Shown: piece by piece, positions 17,579 to 26,450 of the stretch | Layout of the letters: each line of letters begins with the position of its first letter | Position numbering within the stretch: position 1 is the stretch's first letter | From: a virus | Lineage: Duplodnaviria; Caudoviricetes | Reading direction: 5' to 3' (one strand) | IMG/VR virus record: IMGVR_UViG_3300037295_000528 | Location: 1-34,416 of that record | Length of the DNA: 34,416 nucleotides | The notes under the pieces: generated by a model | Databases searched by the model: none | What the model was told of the DNA's origin: nothing | What the model saw: the letters and a program-made list of their open reading frames with translations, nothing else | Position numbers and translations under genes: made by a program

Positions 17579-18796
17579 TTACTTATTATTAGCGTTTTGC
17601 TTCATTTGTTCTAAAGCAATGGTTAAAGTTTGCATGTTCACTGGCTGCAATGGTTCTTGCAATCCATCAATAGGATTAAGATCTTCCAAGGCTCGAATTT
17701 CGTTTCTAGTCATGTAGCCAGAATAAATAGCAGCGGTGTAGTACTTTTGTTTCATATCTAAATCACCGCGTAGCAATGCAGAAATATTGAATTTGCAATA
17801 CACTTTATCAGCATCAGCTTCAGGAAACAACTTGTTATTTATTTCTTGCTCTTTGGAAATTACACGAGGCATAACGCTGTCTTGAACGTGCTCAATAGAT
17901 TGCTGATAAATGTTTGAGAAATTACCTTGAGATAAATCTTTTAATTTATGTGGTGCAATATTTAACCATCGGCATACTTCTATGACGCCGTTTTTGCTGC
18001 TTTCAAGAAATTGCGTTTCCATCGGATTTAATGAAATAGACTTGTATTTCATTCCAGCATCTAGCATCGGAACCTTCCACTTGTTTTTTTGCGACATTTT
18101 CTCGGTAAAACCGTTTTCTATGGCTCGCTTATTTCCAATTTCAACATCTTTATCAGATTCAATCACGCCATAACCTAAGCCACGATCTTTGTAAACTTCC
18201 TGTTGGTAGGTTTGTGCATCTAGGGAAATACCTAGTTGCTTTGCAGCAAAAGTTACAACGCCAACGCCCAATATTCCATCAAACGTAAAACCTTTAAAAT
18301 GCAAAATATCAGCACTTGAGTAGGTTTTGCCTTTGATTTTATAAAAAAGGCTGCCACTTAATTTAAAAACATGGACATCGTCATTTTCTTGCAAATTAAT
18401 TTGGGAAGGATAACCAGTAAAATCATTTCGCTCGATGATGGAATAAGCGTTACCCTTAACGATGCAAAGCAATTCGACTACCTTCCAGTATTCAAAAGCA
18501 TTCATAAGGTTGTTGGGTTTTTGAGAAATAAGGTAATTTACGGGATGTTCCGAAAATTTTAGGCGGTTTTCACCTTCTTTTTTTAATACATACTTAGGAA
18601 GTTTAGCAACATCATTCGACAATTGTTCGACGCCGTTATAAAATGCCGACAAGGTTAAGGCTGATTTATAATTGGCCACAGTGTTTACACCATCAGAACC
18701 ACCAAAAAACGGAAATATACTACCTAAAGCTGATGATACGAGACCATCGGCACTTCGTGTGGCAAACATTTCGGTAAAGGCTTGGTTTAATGACAT
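17579..18796 (-). CDS. Portal protein, HK97 family
   Basis: 'LSNDVAKLP...KPN...GNAY...ILHFK...LLRGD...MTRNEIRALEDLNPI'. Confidence 0.95.
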   Translation of the reverse strand: MSLNQAFTEMFATRSADGLVSSALGSIFPFFGGSDGVNTVANYKSALTLSAFYNGVEQLSNDVAKLPKYVLKKEGENRLKFSEHPVNYLISQKPNNLMNAFEYWKVVELLCIVKGNAYSIIERNDFTGYPSQINLQENDDVHVFKLSGSLFYKIKGKTYSSADILHFKGFTFDGILGVGVVTFAAKQLGISLDAQTYQQEVYKDRGLGYGVIESDKDVEIGNKRAIENGFTEKMSQKNKWKVPMLDAGMKYKSISLNPMETQFLESSKNGVIEVCRWLNIAPHKLKDLSQGNFSNIYQQSIEHVQDSVMPRVISKEQEINNKLFPEADADKVYCKFNISALLRGDLDMKQKYYTAAIYSGYMTRNEIRALEDLNPIDGLQEPLQPVNMQTLTIALEQMKQNANNK

Positions 18797-18814
18797 TATT
18801 ATTATATTTGACTG

Positions 18815-18866
18815 TAAAAGTATAATGCCATTAAAATAATTTAGGGTACAAAATGTACCTTTGTTA
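18815..18866 (-). promoter_or_regulatory. Putative late promoter for the head operon: 24-bp box (18843..18866), 20-nt spacer, TACTTTTA
   Basis: Box and spacing identical to 8892..8943. Confidence 0.7.
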
Positions 18867-18903
18867 TTTTAATGGCAAAATAGGGTTGGAAGGGAAGTAT
18901 TGT

Positions 18904-19131
18904 TTATACTAAGGCCCGGCAAATTGCAAAGGAATTATTAAAACATTTTGAAATAAAAATTGCGTGCGAATGTGCTTCATCAACGGCTTTGAAATCATAC
19001 TCTTTATTACCACTTAAAATATATGGAATTCGTGCAATTTTAAATTTATTGGCTAAATTTTCTCCGACCACGTTCCATGCTAAATTTGATTTAGAATGAA
19101 CCACTTTTGTTTTGATGTTTGGATCTTTCAT
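18904..19131 (-). CDS. Hypothetical protein (start revised to MKDPNIK)
   Basis: ATG follows the stop of the 58-aa upstream ORF after 1 nt. Confidence 0.6.
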   Translation of the reverse strand: MKDPNIKTKVVHSKSNLAWNVVGENLANKFKIARIPYILSGNKEYDFKAVDEAHSHAIFISKCFNNSFAICRALV

Positions 19132-19132
19132 T

Positions 19133-19309
19133 TTATCGTTTTTTAAAATTTTGTTTTGATTTTTCGATAAACTTACTTCCTGTTTCAGGTTCTTGAAAGG
19201 TCTTAATTTTATTAAAATCACTAAAACTAGTGTTTGCACGATTAATAGATTGTCCAAAATTTTCTACGATGCTTGATTCAATTAGAATCACTTTAATAAT
19301 TTTTCTCAT
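19133..19309 (-). CDS. 58-aa hypothetical protein not in the ORF track (MRKIIKVILIESS...SKFIEKSKQNFKKR)
   Basis: Manual translation; fits tightly between its neighbours. Confidence 0.55.
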   Translation of the reverse strand: MRKIIKVILIESSIVENFGQSINRANTSFSDFNKIKTFQEPETGSKFIEKSKQNFKKR

Positions 19310-19315
19310 GACTTT

Positions 19316-19504
19316 TTATTTTTTTAAGTTACTATTTTTAATTTCGACTTTCACATAAAAAAAGCCGGCTATTATTTCGATGGAAATTAAGATTGTTACC
19401 AGGGCTAGACGAACGTAATTTTGATTTATAAAATTCCAATCGTAGAGTAGGGATGTAGCTAGTGTTATCAAGAACACGGCTAAAATTGCTAAAATTATTT
19501 TCAT
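19316..19504 (-). CDS. Small 2-TM membrane protein
   Basis: Two hydrophobic segments and a basic C-terminus. Confidence 0.65.
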   Translation of the reverse strand: MKIILAILAVFLITLATSLLYDWNFINQNYVRLALVTILISIEIIAGFFYVKVEIKNSNLKK

Positions 19505-19511
19505 ATTTTTT

Positions 19512-19757
19512 TTATTTTTTAAAATAATGATTTATAGCACTTTTAAAAGAATGGTGATCTTCATAACGTTTTATGCCAAATAGGTTTTCATAAAGATCAT
19601 TCAAAAAATAAAATGCAGCTTGATTTGTTTTGTGCTCTGGAAGAATTTTAAAATAGTAATCACAAAAGCCTTGTCGGGTTGCAATTTTCTTCATCAATTC
19701 GTTTTGAGCGGTAAGTTTTTCAATTTGGGCTCGTAGGGCTAATTGTTCTTGGTTCAT
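19512..19757 (-). CDS. Small protein, candidate late-gene activator
   Basis: 'F..YY...AF..LN..Y..LFG..RY....SF' pattern between terL and portal; function is inferred. Confidence 0.5.
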   Translation of the reverse strand: MNQEQLALRAQIEKLTAQNELMKKIATRQGFCDYYFKILPEHKTNQAAFYFLNDLYENLFGIKRYEDHHSFKSAINHYFKK

Positions 19758-19805
19758 AAAGTGGTTGGTTTTTAGTGAACTTGTTATAACTTTTTTGTTA
19801 TCTGA

Positions 19806-20468
19806 TTATTGCTTAAAGTCCAGAGGCTTAGCAATAACTTCAAATTTATAAACCCAAACTAAAGGGTTTTCATCCCATGAATCAAAACCATTAATATTTG
19901 CCCAAAGTGATTGATAGGAACTGATCGCACTTCGCCAATCAGATTTTACATTGGAATAATCTTTATATCGAAATTCATCGAACATAGTATTAAACACTTT
20001 TTGTATGCCTTCATTAATTGCTCCTTTTTCGTCAATATCATGCAGTCTTTCGGCCTTGACTGAAGTGCATTTTAAGAAAATTCTACATGCTGTTTTTGGC
20101 ATGAATAAAGATGCTTTCCATCTGAATTTTATTGGACTTTCATCCGCTTTGTATTCAGTTTCTATTTCCTTACCATTTTTGCCAAGAACTTCGTATTGAA
20201 CGAAAGTTTCTCGAACCCAAATGACATCATTTTTTTTAACTTTTAATTTAAAAAAACTTTCTCCATATTCTCCGTTTGCATGTATGCCACGAACGGAAAA
20301 ATCACCTTCTTCTGTAAATGCTGTAAATCCTATATGAGGATTTACAATTTTTTTACTAAACTTTATGATTCTTCGGGTTTCGGTTTTGGTTCCGTTTAAA
20401 ATTGCTTTTACCATATCGGTAGAAAACAACATTGGAACAAATCGGGTTTTTGTAGTTTGTGTTTGCAT
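19806..20468 (-). CDS. ASCH/PUA-like phage protein (start revised to MQTQTT)
   Basis: 'PMLFSTDMVKAILNGTKTETRRII...WVRETF...ERLHDI...SWDENPLVWV'. Confidence 0.8.
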   Translation of the reverse strand: MQTQTTKTRFVPMLFSTDMVKAILNGTKTETRRIIKFSKKIVNPHIGFTAFTEEGDFSVRGIHANGEYGESFFKLKVKKNDVIWVRETFVQYEVLGKNGKEIETEYKADESPIKFRWKASLFMPKTACRIFLKCTSVKAERLHDIDEKGAINEGIQKVFNTMFDEFRYKDYSNVKSDWRSAISSYQSLWANINGFDSWDENPLVWVYKFEVIAKPLDFKQ

Positions 20469-20481
20469 AGTGGTTTTATAT

Positions 20482-22197
20482 TTAAACATGTATTTCATTT
20501 TTATCCAGCGGCTTGCTGTATTTTCCTTTATCTTCTTCAGGAGAGAGAGAGCCGCCAAGCGCCATTACCAGTGCTACAATTCCATCAATTCTGCGGCCGT
20601 TTCTTTGCGAATTTCCTTTGTGCAATTTTATATTGTCGTTTGCATCGGACCAGGTGATGCAACCGGAAAGCATCCATGACATGATCGGATTTCCATCGTG
20701 TAAAATTTTGCCTTGATAAATCAGTTTTTCAAGTTCCTTGGTTGGGAATGACATATTTGTAATGCTTTGGCTAAAGCCGGAAATATTGGCACCAATGGCA
20801 TCGAGATTTGTAATTAAATAACTGGAATTATGCAAATCGACTTCAATGCGTTTTATTCCGTGTGAACTGTAGTTTTCTTGCACTACCTTTTCGATGTATG
20901 CGTAGTCAATCATGTTTCCTGGTGTGGCAATTAGCCATCCTTGATCCATCCAATATCTGTAAGGCACTTTGTCATCGCGGCTTCGTTTGTCGATATTTTC
21001 TTTTGGACAAAAGAACCATGGTTTGCAATATCGATCGCCGTTATCGTCGGGTTCTGACAATGCCACAAAAGCGGAAATATCAGTGGTTGTGGATAAATCT
21101 AAACCTGCATAACTTCCAAGTGTTTGAAAAATACCTTCTGGAATTGCAACTACTTTGTTTGCATCCCATATTTCGGAAGGGATCCAAACATTGGGTGCAT
21201 CTACCCACATGTTTAAATGTTTGGTTTTAAAATTTGGAATTTTAGAAGGTTGCAATTTTGCATTTTCGTATTCTTCCAGAATTCTTTCAATTTTTAAACC
21301 TTGGCCCAAAAGCGGATTTGCTTTTGACCAATTCAATTCATTTTCCCAATCATCATCTGTATCTAAATCGTGAATCATAATCCAAAGATGGTCCATTTTT
21401 GCGCGTCCTTCGAGCACTTCTATAATAGAATCTTCATAACGTTTGCAGGCACTTTGCACGTTGGTTCCAGCTGTGGTGATGTGCCACAAAAGCGGCTGAC
21501 TTCTTTGAACGGATGATGATTCAAGGTTTTCTTTTACGGAATCATCTTTGTGGGCGTGGTATTCGTCAATGACTGAAAGAAAACTATTTATTCCATCTTG
21601 GGTTTTGCTATCACCACCCAAAGCCCGCATGGTTGATTTGGTCCGTGAATTTCCGATAATTCTCTGTTGGCAGTAAAAACCTAGTTTTTTTAAATTCTTA
21701 TTGGCCACTGGACTTTCAATAAACATTTTGGTTTGTTCCCAACAGATCCTGGCTTGTTCTTCTTTTGTCGCGCCAACGTATATTTGGGCTTCCATTTCCA
21801 TTTCAAAAGACATGCAGTATAATGCAAGGCCCGCCATTTCGGCTGACTTTCCGTTTTTCTTTGCGCGTTTGTCGTAAACCGCTTTGATCCGTCGAAGGTT
21901 ATCTGATTTTTTTTTCCAGGCAAAAACATTGTACATCGTGAATGCTTGAAATCCTGCTAAGTGAAACGGTTTTCCAGCTAGTAATCCAAGCGTGTGGTTA
22001 ATGAAAGTTGGATAAAAATTGACAATATGCATTCCTGCATCGTGGTCCAGATAGAACCCATCCTGATCTGCGGTTTCTATCCAGGAGTAAAAGCGGGCAA
22101 CGGCTTGTTTTATTTTTTTCCCAGCGGTTATTTTGCCGGACTGGACATCTGCTGCGTATTGGAAGGGAAGGGATTTTATTTGTGTTGGTGAAAGCAT
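20482..22197 (-). CDS. terL: Terminase large subunit
   Basis: Walker A 'AKKNGKS', Walker B 'VIDEYH', 'ITTAG', nuclease motifs 'GLDLS..D' and 'RIDGIVA'. Confidence 0.96.
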   Translation of the reverse strand: MLSPTQIKSLPFQYAADVQSGKITAGKKIKQAVARFYSWIETADQDGFYLDHDAGMHIVNFYPTFINHTLGLLAGKPFHLAGFQAFTMYNVFAWKKKSDNLRRIKAVYDKRAKKNGKSAEMAGLALYCMSFEMEMEAQIYVGATKEEQARICWEQTKMFIESPVANKNLKKLGFYCQQRIIGNSRTKSTMRALGGDSKTQDGINSFLSVIDEYHAHKDDSVKENLESSSVQRSQPLLWHITTAGTNVQSACKRYEDSIIEVLEGRAKMDHLWIMIHDLDTDDDWENELNWSKANPLLGQGLKIERILEEYENAKLQPSKIPNFKTKHLNMWVDAPNVWIPSEIWDANKVVAIPEGIFQTLGSYAGLDLSTTTDISAFVALSEPDDNGDRYCKPWFFCPKENIDKRSRDDKVPYRYWMDQGWLIATPGNMIDYAYIEKVVQENYSSHGIKRIEVDLHNSSYLITNLDAIGANISGFSQSITNMSFPTKELEKLIYQGKILHDGNPIMSWMLSGCITWSDANDNIKLHKGNSQRNGRRIDGIVALVMALGGSLSPEEDKGKYSKPLDKNEIHV

Positions 22198-22211
22198 GGT
22201 GGGTTATAGAT

Positions 22212-22598
22212 TTATAAAAGTTTTAATTGACTTTGCTCAATATCTTGGTAATGCTCTATGAGTGAAGGAATTATTATAAGCATGTGAAATTGCAAATTAT
22301 CTACATTGTAATCAGAAACATTTAGTTTCATTCCATCAATAGCATTTTTAACTTGCTGCTTATTTAATTCAGAAACCGCTCTGATATACCAAGCATACTT
22401 ATTCATTAATTGGTAATTACTATCAAAATTAGTTCGTGAACTATTGTAGGGAACAAAGCAATCTTCAATAAATTGATTTTTTGATTTTGATATTTCTGTG
22501 TAAAACACATATCCAATTTTTGCAATTTCGTTGTTATCAAAGTTGTTAATATTGTCATTTGAAATCATGTGGTTCTGGTATTCTGTGAATGTTTTCAT
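22212..22598 (-). CDS. Hypothetical protein between terS and terL (start revised to MKTFTEY)
   Basis: The revised start avoids overlap with the cassette-like unit. Confidence 0.6.
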   Translation of the reverse strand: MKTFTEYQNHMISNDNINNFDNNEIAKIGYVFYTEISKSKNQFIEDCFVPYNSSRTNFDSNYQLMNKYAWYIRAVSELNKQQVKNAIDGMKLNVSDYNVDNLQFHMLIIIPSLIEHYQDIEQSQLKLL

Positions 22599-22658
22599 CG
22601 GTGTGGTTTTGTGTTTTGGATTTATATTAAAAACGCAATAACATGTGTAAAGCTGGTA

Positions 22659-22945
22659 GTTAGCTGCAAGCTTACGGAACACGCTTAATAGGATCATCCG
22701 ATAGACATTCAGCAAGTGTAATATTAGGGTCGCATAAGAAACAGAACCCTTCTGTTCTTAAATTAAAATCCATTGGCAATTCGTGTTTACATCCTTGACA
22801 AATAAAGCCATCAGCTAACACATTATTGCCGACAATTGCGGGCTTAGTGGTTGGTTGAAAATTTTTGATTTTCATATACTTTTGTTTTAAGTGAAACATT
22901 TGTGCTTTTAATTCCGCAACTGCGGCAATAATCGGAACGTTATTT
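22659..22945 (-). mobile_element. attC-like hairpin (22812..22945) plus a single cassette-like unit (22659..22819)
   Basis: Minus strand AAATAAC..ATTATTGCCG-CAGTTGCGG...CCGCAATTG-T-CGGCAATAAT..GTTAGCTG; the unit ends in the complementary CAGCTAAC. Confidence 0.55.
22672..22899 (-). CDS. Small zinc-binding protein (CxxC...CxxC); start may be 22875
   Basis: CQGC and CFLC motifs; both possible start codons lie inside the hairpin loop. Confidence 0.55.
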   Translation of the reverse strand: MFHLKQKYMKIKNFQPTTKPAIVGNNVLADGFICQGCKHELPMDFNLRTEGFCFLCDPNITLAECLSDDPIKRVP

Positions 22946-23383
22946 TACTTTCAAATACTGCTCAAACAAATCAAATTGACCAGTTTCTGCAAGTCCTTTT
23001 AATTCGCTTTCAGATTTTGGATCAAGTCCAAACTGCTTAAAGCATTTGAAAAGAATATCTGAAGCGTTATTTCGTAGCACAATTTCTGTTGTAATATTTG
23101 TGGCACCGGTTTTATACACCTGGATAAATCCAGTTCCGGCAGCTTCTTTGTTTTTTAAATTGATTGCTTTACTTGCATACTCGAATTGGTCCATTGCCGA
23201 TGCGAAAATTTCTAAAGCTGGAAGATAGATGTCTTTAAGTCTTTCATTTTTTGCCAGCATTTTTCCCATCGCTAAATAATATTTTTTGGCAGCTGCCGAT
23301 AAATACATCGGCGGTTTTGGAACCAAAGAAAGTGTTTGTTTTCCTTCGCCAATATGTACAACATTCATGTTTTCATTTTTCAT
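22940..23383 (-). CDS. terS: Terminase small subunit, P27 family
   Basis: 'PKPPMYLSAAAKKY...QFGLDPKS'; follows the HNH gene. Confidence 0.88.
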   Translation of the reverse strand: MKNENMNVVHIGEGKQTLSLVPKPPMYLSAAAKKYYLAMGKMLAKNERLKDIYLPALEIFASAMDQFEYASKAINLKNKEAAGTGFIQVYKTGATNITTEIVLRNNASDILFKCFKQFGLDPKSESELKGLAETGQFDLFEQYLKVK

Positions 23384-23412
23384 AATTCAATAATTTAAAA
23401 TACTTATATCTT

Positions 23413-23510
23413 AACCCCCCCTCTAATATCTATCGTGAGTAAAAGTGTTTGTAATCAGCGATGTACGCCCGATTTTTTGTCTAGCGATTTGACCCCATAC
23501 CCCCACGCTT
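23413..23510. other. Candidate cos region
   Basis: HNH-terS intergenic region bracketed by C-runs (23415..23421 and 23493..23504), the usual cos location in HK97-like phages. Confidence 0.4.
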
Positions 23511-23807
23511 GCTTCCTGATTCACGTCCCGATTTAGAATCGTGGCACTTCTTACACAACGGTTGTATGTTTGATTCTTGCATCGGCTCACCGCCTTGGTT
23601 GATGGGAACTATGTGATCACCAACGGTTGCAACGGTTGTGATTCCTTTTCGTTCGCATTCGATGCATAAAGGATTCTTTTGCAAAACACTTTTTCGAAGT
23701 TTACGCCAGGCACGAGAGTTATAAAATGCCGAATTATCTGCTTCCCTATCGAATGCTTTGCGTTCTGGCACCCAGTTTCTTTTGATTTGATTTGGTTTAC
23801 TTGGCAT
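23481..23807 (-). CDS. Packaging-associated HNH endonuclease (HK97 gp74-like)
   Basis: 'FYNSRAWRKLR...PLCIEC...DHIVPI...NIQPLCKKCHDSKS'. Confidence 0.92.
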   Translation of the reverse strand: MPSKPNQIKRNWVPERKAFDREADNSAFYNSRAWRKLRKSVLQKNPLCIECERKGITTVATVGDHIVPINQGGEPMQESNIQPLCKKCHDSKSGRESGSKRGGMGSNR

Positions 23808-23809
23808 AA

Positions 23810-25339
23810 TTAAAAAGCTATTCCGTTATTGTCATCAAAGGCATCCGCTGGATTAACGCTTGGCAATGGTTTAGATTCATAGTGTTCCTCATAAACCTGC
23901 ATATCATCTGGACATGTAACATCCAAGTACTTGGTCTTGTCTCCTTGCCACTTTAACATGGTTGTGTTCAAAGAACCGCCACGGTATTTTGCAAAGATGA
24001 TCTCACTATCAGCACCCGCATCAATCAATGGATGCATATCTTCATCGTAATCATTCCGATCAATATCAATCTTGTAATATTCCGGACGGTAAAGAAACTG
24101 CACAATATCAGCATCTTGTTCGATAGATCCTGAATCCCGAAGGTCGGACAACATCGGCCGCTTACTTGATCCACGGGTTTCAACAGCACGGGACAATTGA
24201 GACAGTGCAATGATTGGAATGTTTAATTCTTTAGCCAAACTCTTTAACCTTCTGGATATAGATGATACTTCTGATTCTCGATTCCCCTTGACCATTCTAT
24301 TGGTCATTAGCTGTAAATAGTCAATGATTAGTACTTTAATACCGTACTTTCTGACCATCATTTTAGCCCGAATAACAACGTCAGCAATATCTGTTTTGCC
24401 TGAATCATCGACGTAAAACGGATATTTATTCATCCGATCTTGGTGCTCACCGTATGTGGTAAAGTATTCCTTTTTTTCGAATCCAGTTTTAAGCAATTGT
24501 TTTAGATGGAAATTAGTATCAATTGCCACGCATCGAGCAGTTAATTGTTCAATACTCATTTCAAGTGAGATCATTCCAACACCGACATTCAGCTTACAAT
24601 TCTCAATGGCACACTTCAACACATAAGAAGTTTTTCCCATCCCTGGACGTGCAGCTATTATCACTAAATCCTGTTTTCTATAACCACCGGTATATTTATT
24701 AATTCTACGAAAACCAGTGTGAATTCCCACCAACTTCACTTCATCTTTGTTGGCAGTAAGCATTTCGACTTCTTTCTTTAAATTCTGCAACGCTTGAGGA
24801 AAAGTCATTGTATCACGTCCGGTATTGATGTAATCCATCACACTGTCAAACTCATTTTGCCAGCGCGCTAGCAGTTCAAAAATATCAGTGTGCTCATCAT
24901 AAGCCAGATTGATCATGAGACTAGAAAAGCTAATCACTTGACGTGCCATGTATTTCTGTAAAATCAATCTTGAATGATACTCGATGTGAGCCGATGAAGC
25001 AATCTTTTGTGTAAATTGAATCAAATTGAAATCACCACCCGCACGTTCTAAATTTCCGTTTCTTCGAAGTTCAGCCGAAATAGTTAGTAAGTCAACAGGA
25101 TTGCCAGCATTGAATAAACTCATTGCAGCTTCAAAAATAACCCGATGATTATCTTTGTAAAACACATCTGGATTGATAAATACACCTGCAACATCTTCAA
25201 TTGCCTTTGCGTTTGCCAATATGCCGCCGATAACTCCAGCTTCAATATCGATTAATTGCGGTGGAAGTTTTCCTTTCTCTAAATCGATAATTTTGGTTTT
25301 ATCCACTTGAATAGCTTTAAATTGTTTTGAATTTTCCAT
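23810..25339 (-). CDS. dnaB: Replicative DNA helicase
   Basis: 'AARPGMGKT', 'SLEM', 'IDYLQL', 'LSQLSR', 'RPMLSDLRDSGSIEQDAD'. Confidence 0.97.
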   Translation of the reverse strand: MENSKQFKAIQVDKTKIIDLEKGKLPPQLIDIEAGVIGGILANAKAIEDVAGVFINPDVFYKDNHRVIFEAAMSLFNAGNPVDLLTISAELRRNGNLERAGGDFNLIQFTQKIASSAHIEYHSRLILQKYMARQVISFSSLMINLAYDEHTDIFELLARWQNEFDSVMDYINTGRDTMTFPQALQNLKKEVEMLTANKDEVKLVGIHTGFRRINKYTGGYRKQDLVIIAARPGMGKTSYVLKCAIENCKLNVGVGMISLEMSIEQLTARCVAIDTNFHLKQLLKTGFEKKEYFTTYGEHQDRMNKYPFYVDDSGKTDIADVVIRAKMMVRKYGIKVLIIDYLQLMTNRMVKGNRESEVSSISRRLKSLAKELNIPIIALSQLSRAVETRGSSKRPMLSDLRDSGSIEQDADIVQFLYRPEYYKIDIDRNDYDEDMHPLIDAGADSEIIFAKYRGGSLNTTMLKWQGDKTKYLDVTCPDDMQVYEEHYESKPLPSVNPADAFDDNNGIAF

Positions 25340-25341
25340 AA

Positions 25342-26016
25342 TTAAAAACCTCCTATTTTTTCTTTTCTTGGATTTAGCTCAATCACTGGATTGTCAAATC
25401 TTGATTGATTCTTAATCCAGTTCAAAGCATATTTCTTAAAACGACCAGAAAGCACGTTCAAATTAAATTCCAAACCTTCCTGCTCGACAGTCGCATTAAA
25501 CATTTGCGAAAACATGACGAATTCGTTTATTTGCTTTTTAAATTGCATCATCAAAATATCAAATTGAGATCTAAAATTAACCTCTAAAAAAGAGAGCGCG
25601 TCCTTCTCTTTATTCATTGTATTATTAATTGTAATATTATCATATATTGGAGTGACGATTTTGTCACTAGGTAGTGATGATTTTGTCACTACCCTAGTGA
25701 TGATTTTGTCACTAGGTAGTGATGATTTTGTCACTAGGTTACGAGCTGAATTTTTGATGAATATTTTTCGCATATTTCCTTTTTCTGGATAGTGCTCAAT
25801 AACTAAAAAACCAACATTTTCAAGTGAAGAAATCCAGCGTGAAATCGTTTTATGATCGACAGAATACAATGCAGCAAAATATTTATTATCGGCCCAGCAG
25901 AAGCCTTCCTGATTGCACAATGCCGTAATTTCACCATAAAGCAATTTTGCATTAGCGGTCAATGATTTTTCATATCTGACATCAGCTGGAATAATAGCAT
26001 AGAAACTTGGATTCAT
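25342..26016 (-). CDS. Replication initiator with N-terminal winged HTH
   Basis: 'YAIIPADVRY...AKLLYGEITALCNQEGFCWADNKYFA'; precedes dnaB; contains internal iterons. Confidence 0.88.
   Translation of the reverse strand: MNPSFYAIIPADVRYEKSLTANAKLLYGEITALCNQEGFCWADNKYFAALYSVDHKTISRWISSLENVGFLVIEHYPEKGNMRKIFIKNSARNLVTKSSLPSDKIITRVVTKSSLPSDKIVTPIYDNITINNTMNKEKDALSFLEVNFRSQFDILMMQFKKQINEFVMFSQMFNATVEQEGLEFNLNVLSGRFKKYALNWIKNQSRFDNPVIELNPRKEKIGGF
25651..25736. repeat. Replication origin iterons: 4 x AGTGAYGATTTTGTCACTA
   Basis: Copies start at 25651, 25673, 25696, 25718; AT-rich tract adjacent (~25610..25648). Confidence 0.85.
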
Positions 26017-26018
26017 AT

Positions 26019-26450
26019 TTATTTCTTTAAAGTTTGCAGCAAATTGGTTCTTGAATTTTCCATCGCAACAGCTGTTACACCAAGTTCTGTAATAACCTTT
26101 GCTTTTTTAGCTAAAACTTCCATTTTAGTAACATCAGCGGTGTTTACTTCATCCAAAATCGCTTCCATAGAAGTAAATAGCTTAGAATAAAAAGAATGTG
26201 TTTCTGGCAATGCAAATACCATATTTCCTGGTATCATTGCTTTTTGAACCGTTGGCTTTGTTTCGATGATTATAATATCGTCCAAGAAATCATCCACGTT
26301 GCTCACATCAACTTGAAGCGTTTTTTCGAGGCACTTAACCATAAAAAATAAATTAACCTTCTTACAGGCTGTAAAAGTCAGCCTTTCGTCATATCCATAG
26401 GAAAAGGATTTACCCTCTAGTTTATCGCTTATTCTCTGCAATTCGTTCAT
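26019..26450 (-). CDS. Hypothetical protein
   Basis: 143-aa ORF overlapping the HNH gene. Confidence 0.7.
   Translation of the reverse strand: MNELQRISDKLEGKSFSYGYDERLTFTACKKVNLFFMVKCLEKTLQVDVSNVDDFLDDIIIIETKPTVQKAMIPGNMVFALPETHSFYSKLFTSMEAILDEVNTADVTKMEVLAKKAKVITELGVTAVAMENSRTNLLQTLKK

Noticed and set aside
22599-22715. N-terminal extension of the 167-aa ORF
   Set aside because: Overlaps the cassette ORF and the distal box; the ATG at 22598 fits better
25651-25736. Mini-CRISPR of palindromic repeats
   Set aside because: Gaps are only 3-4 nt; better explained as iterons
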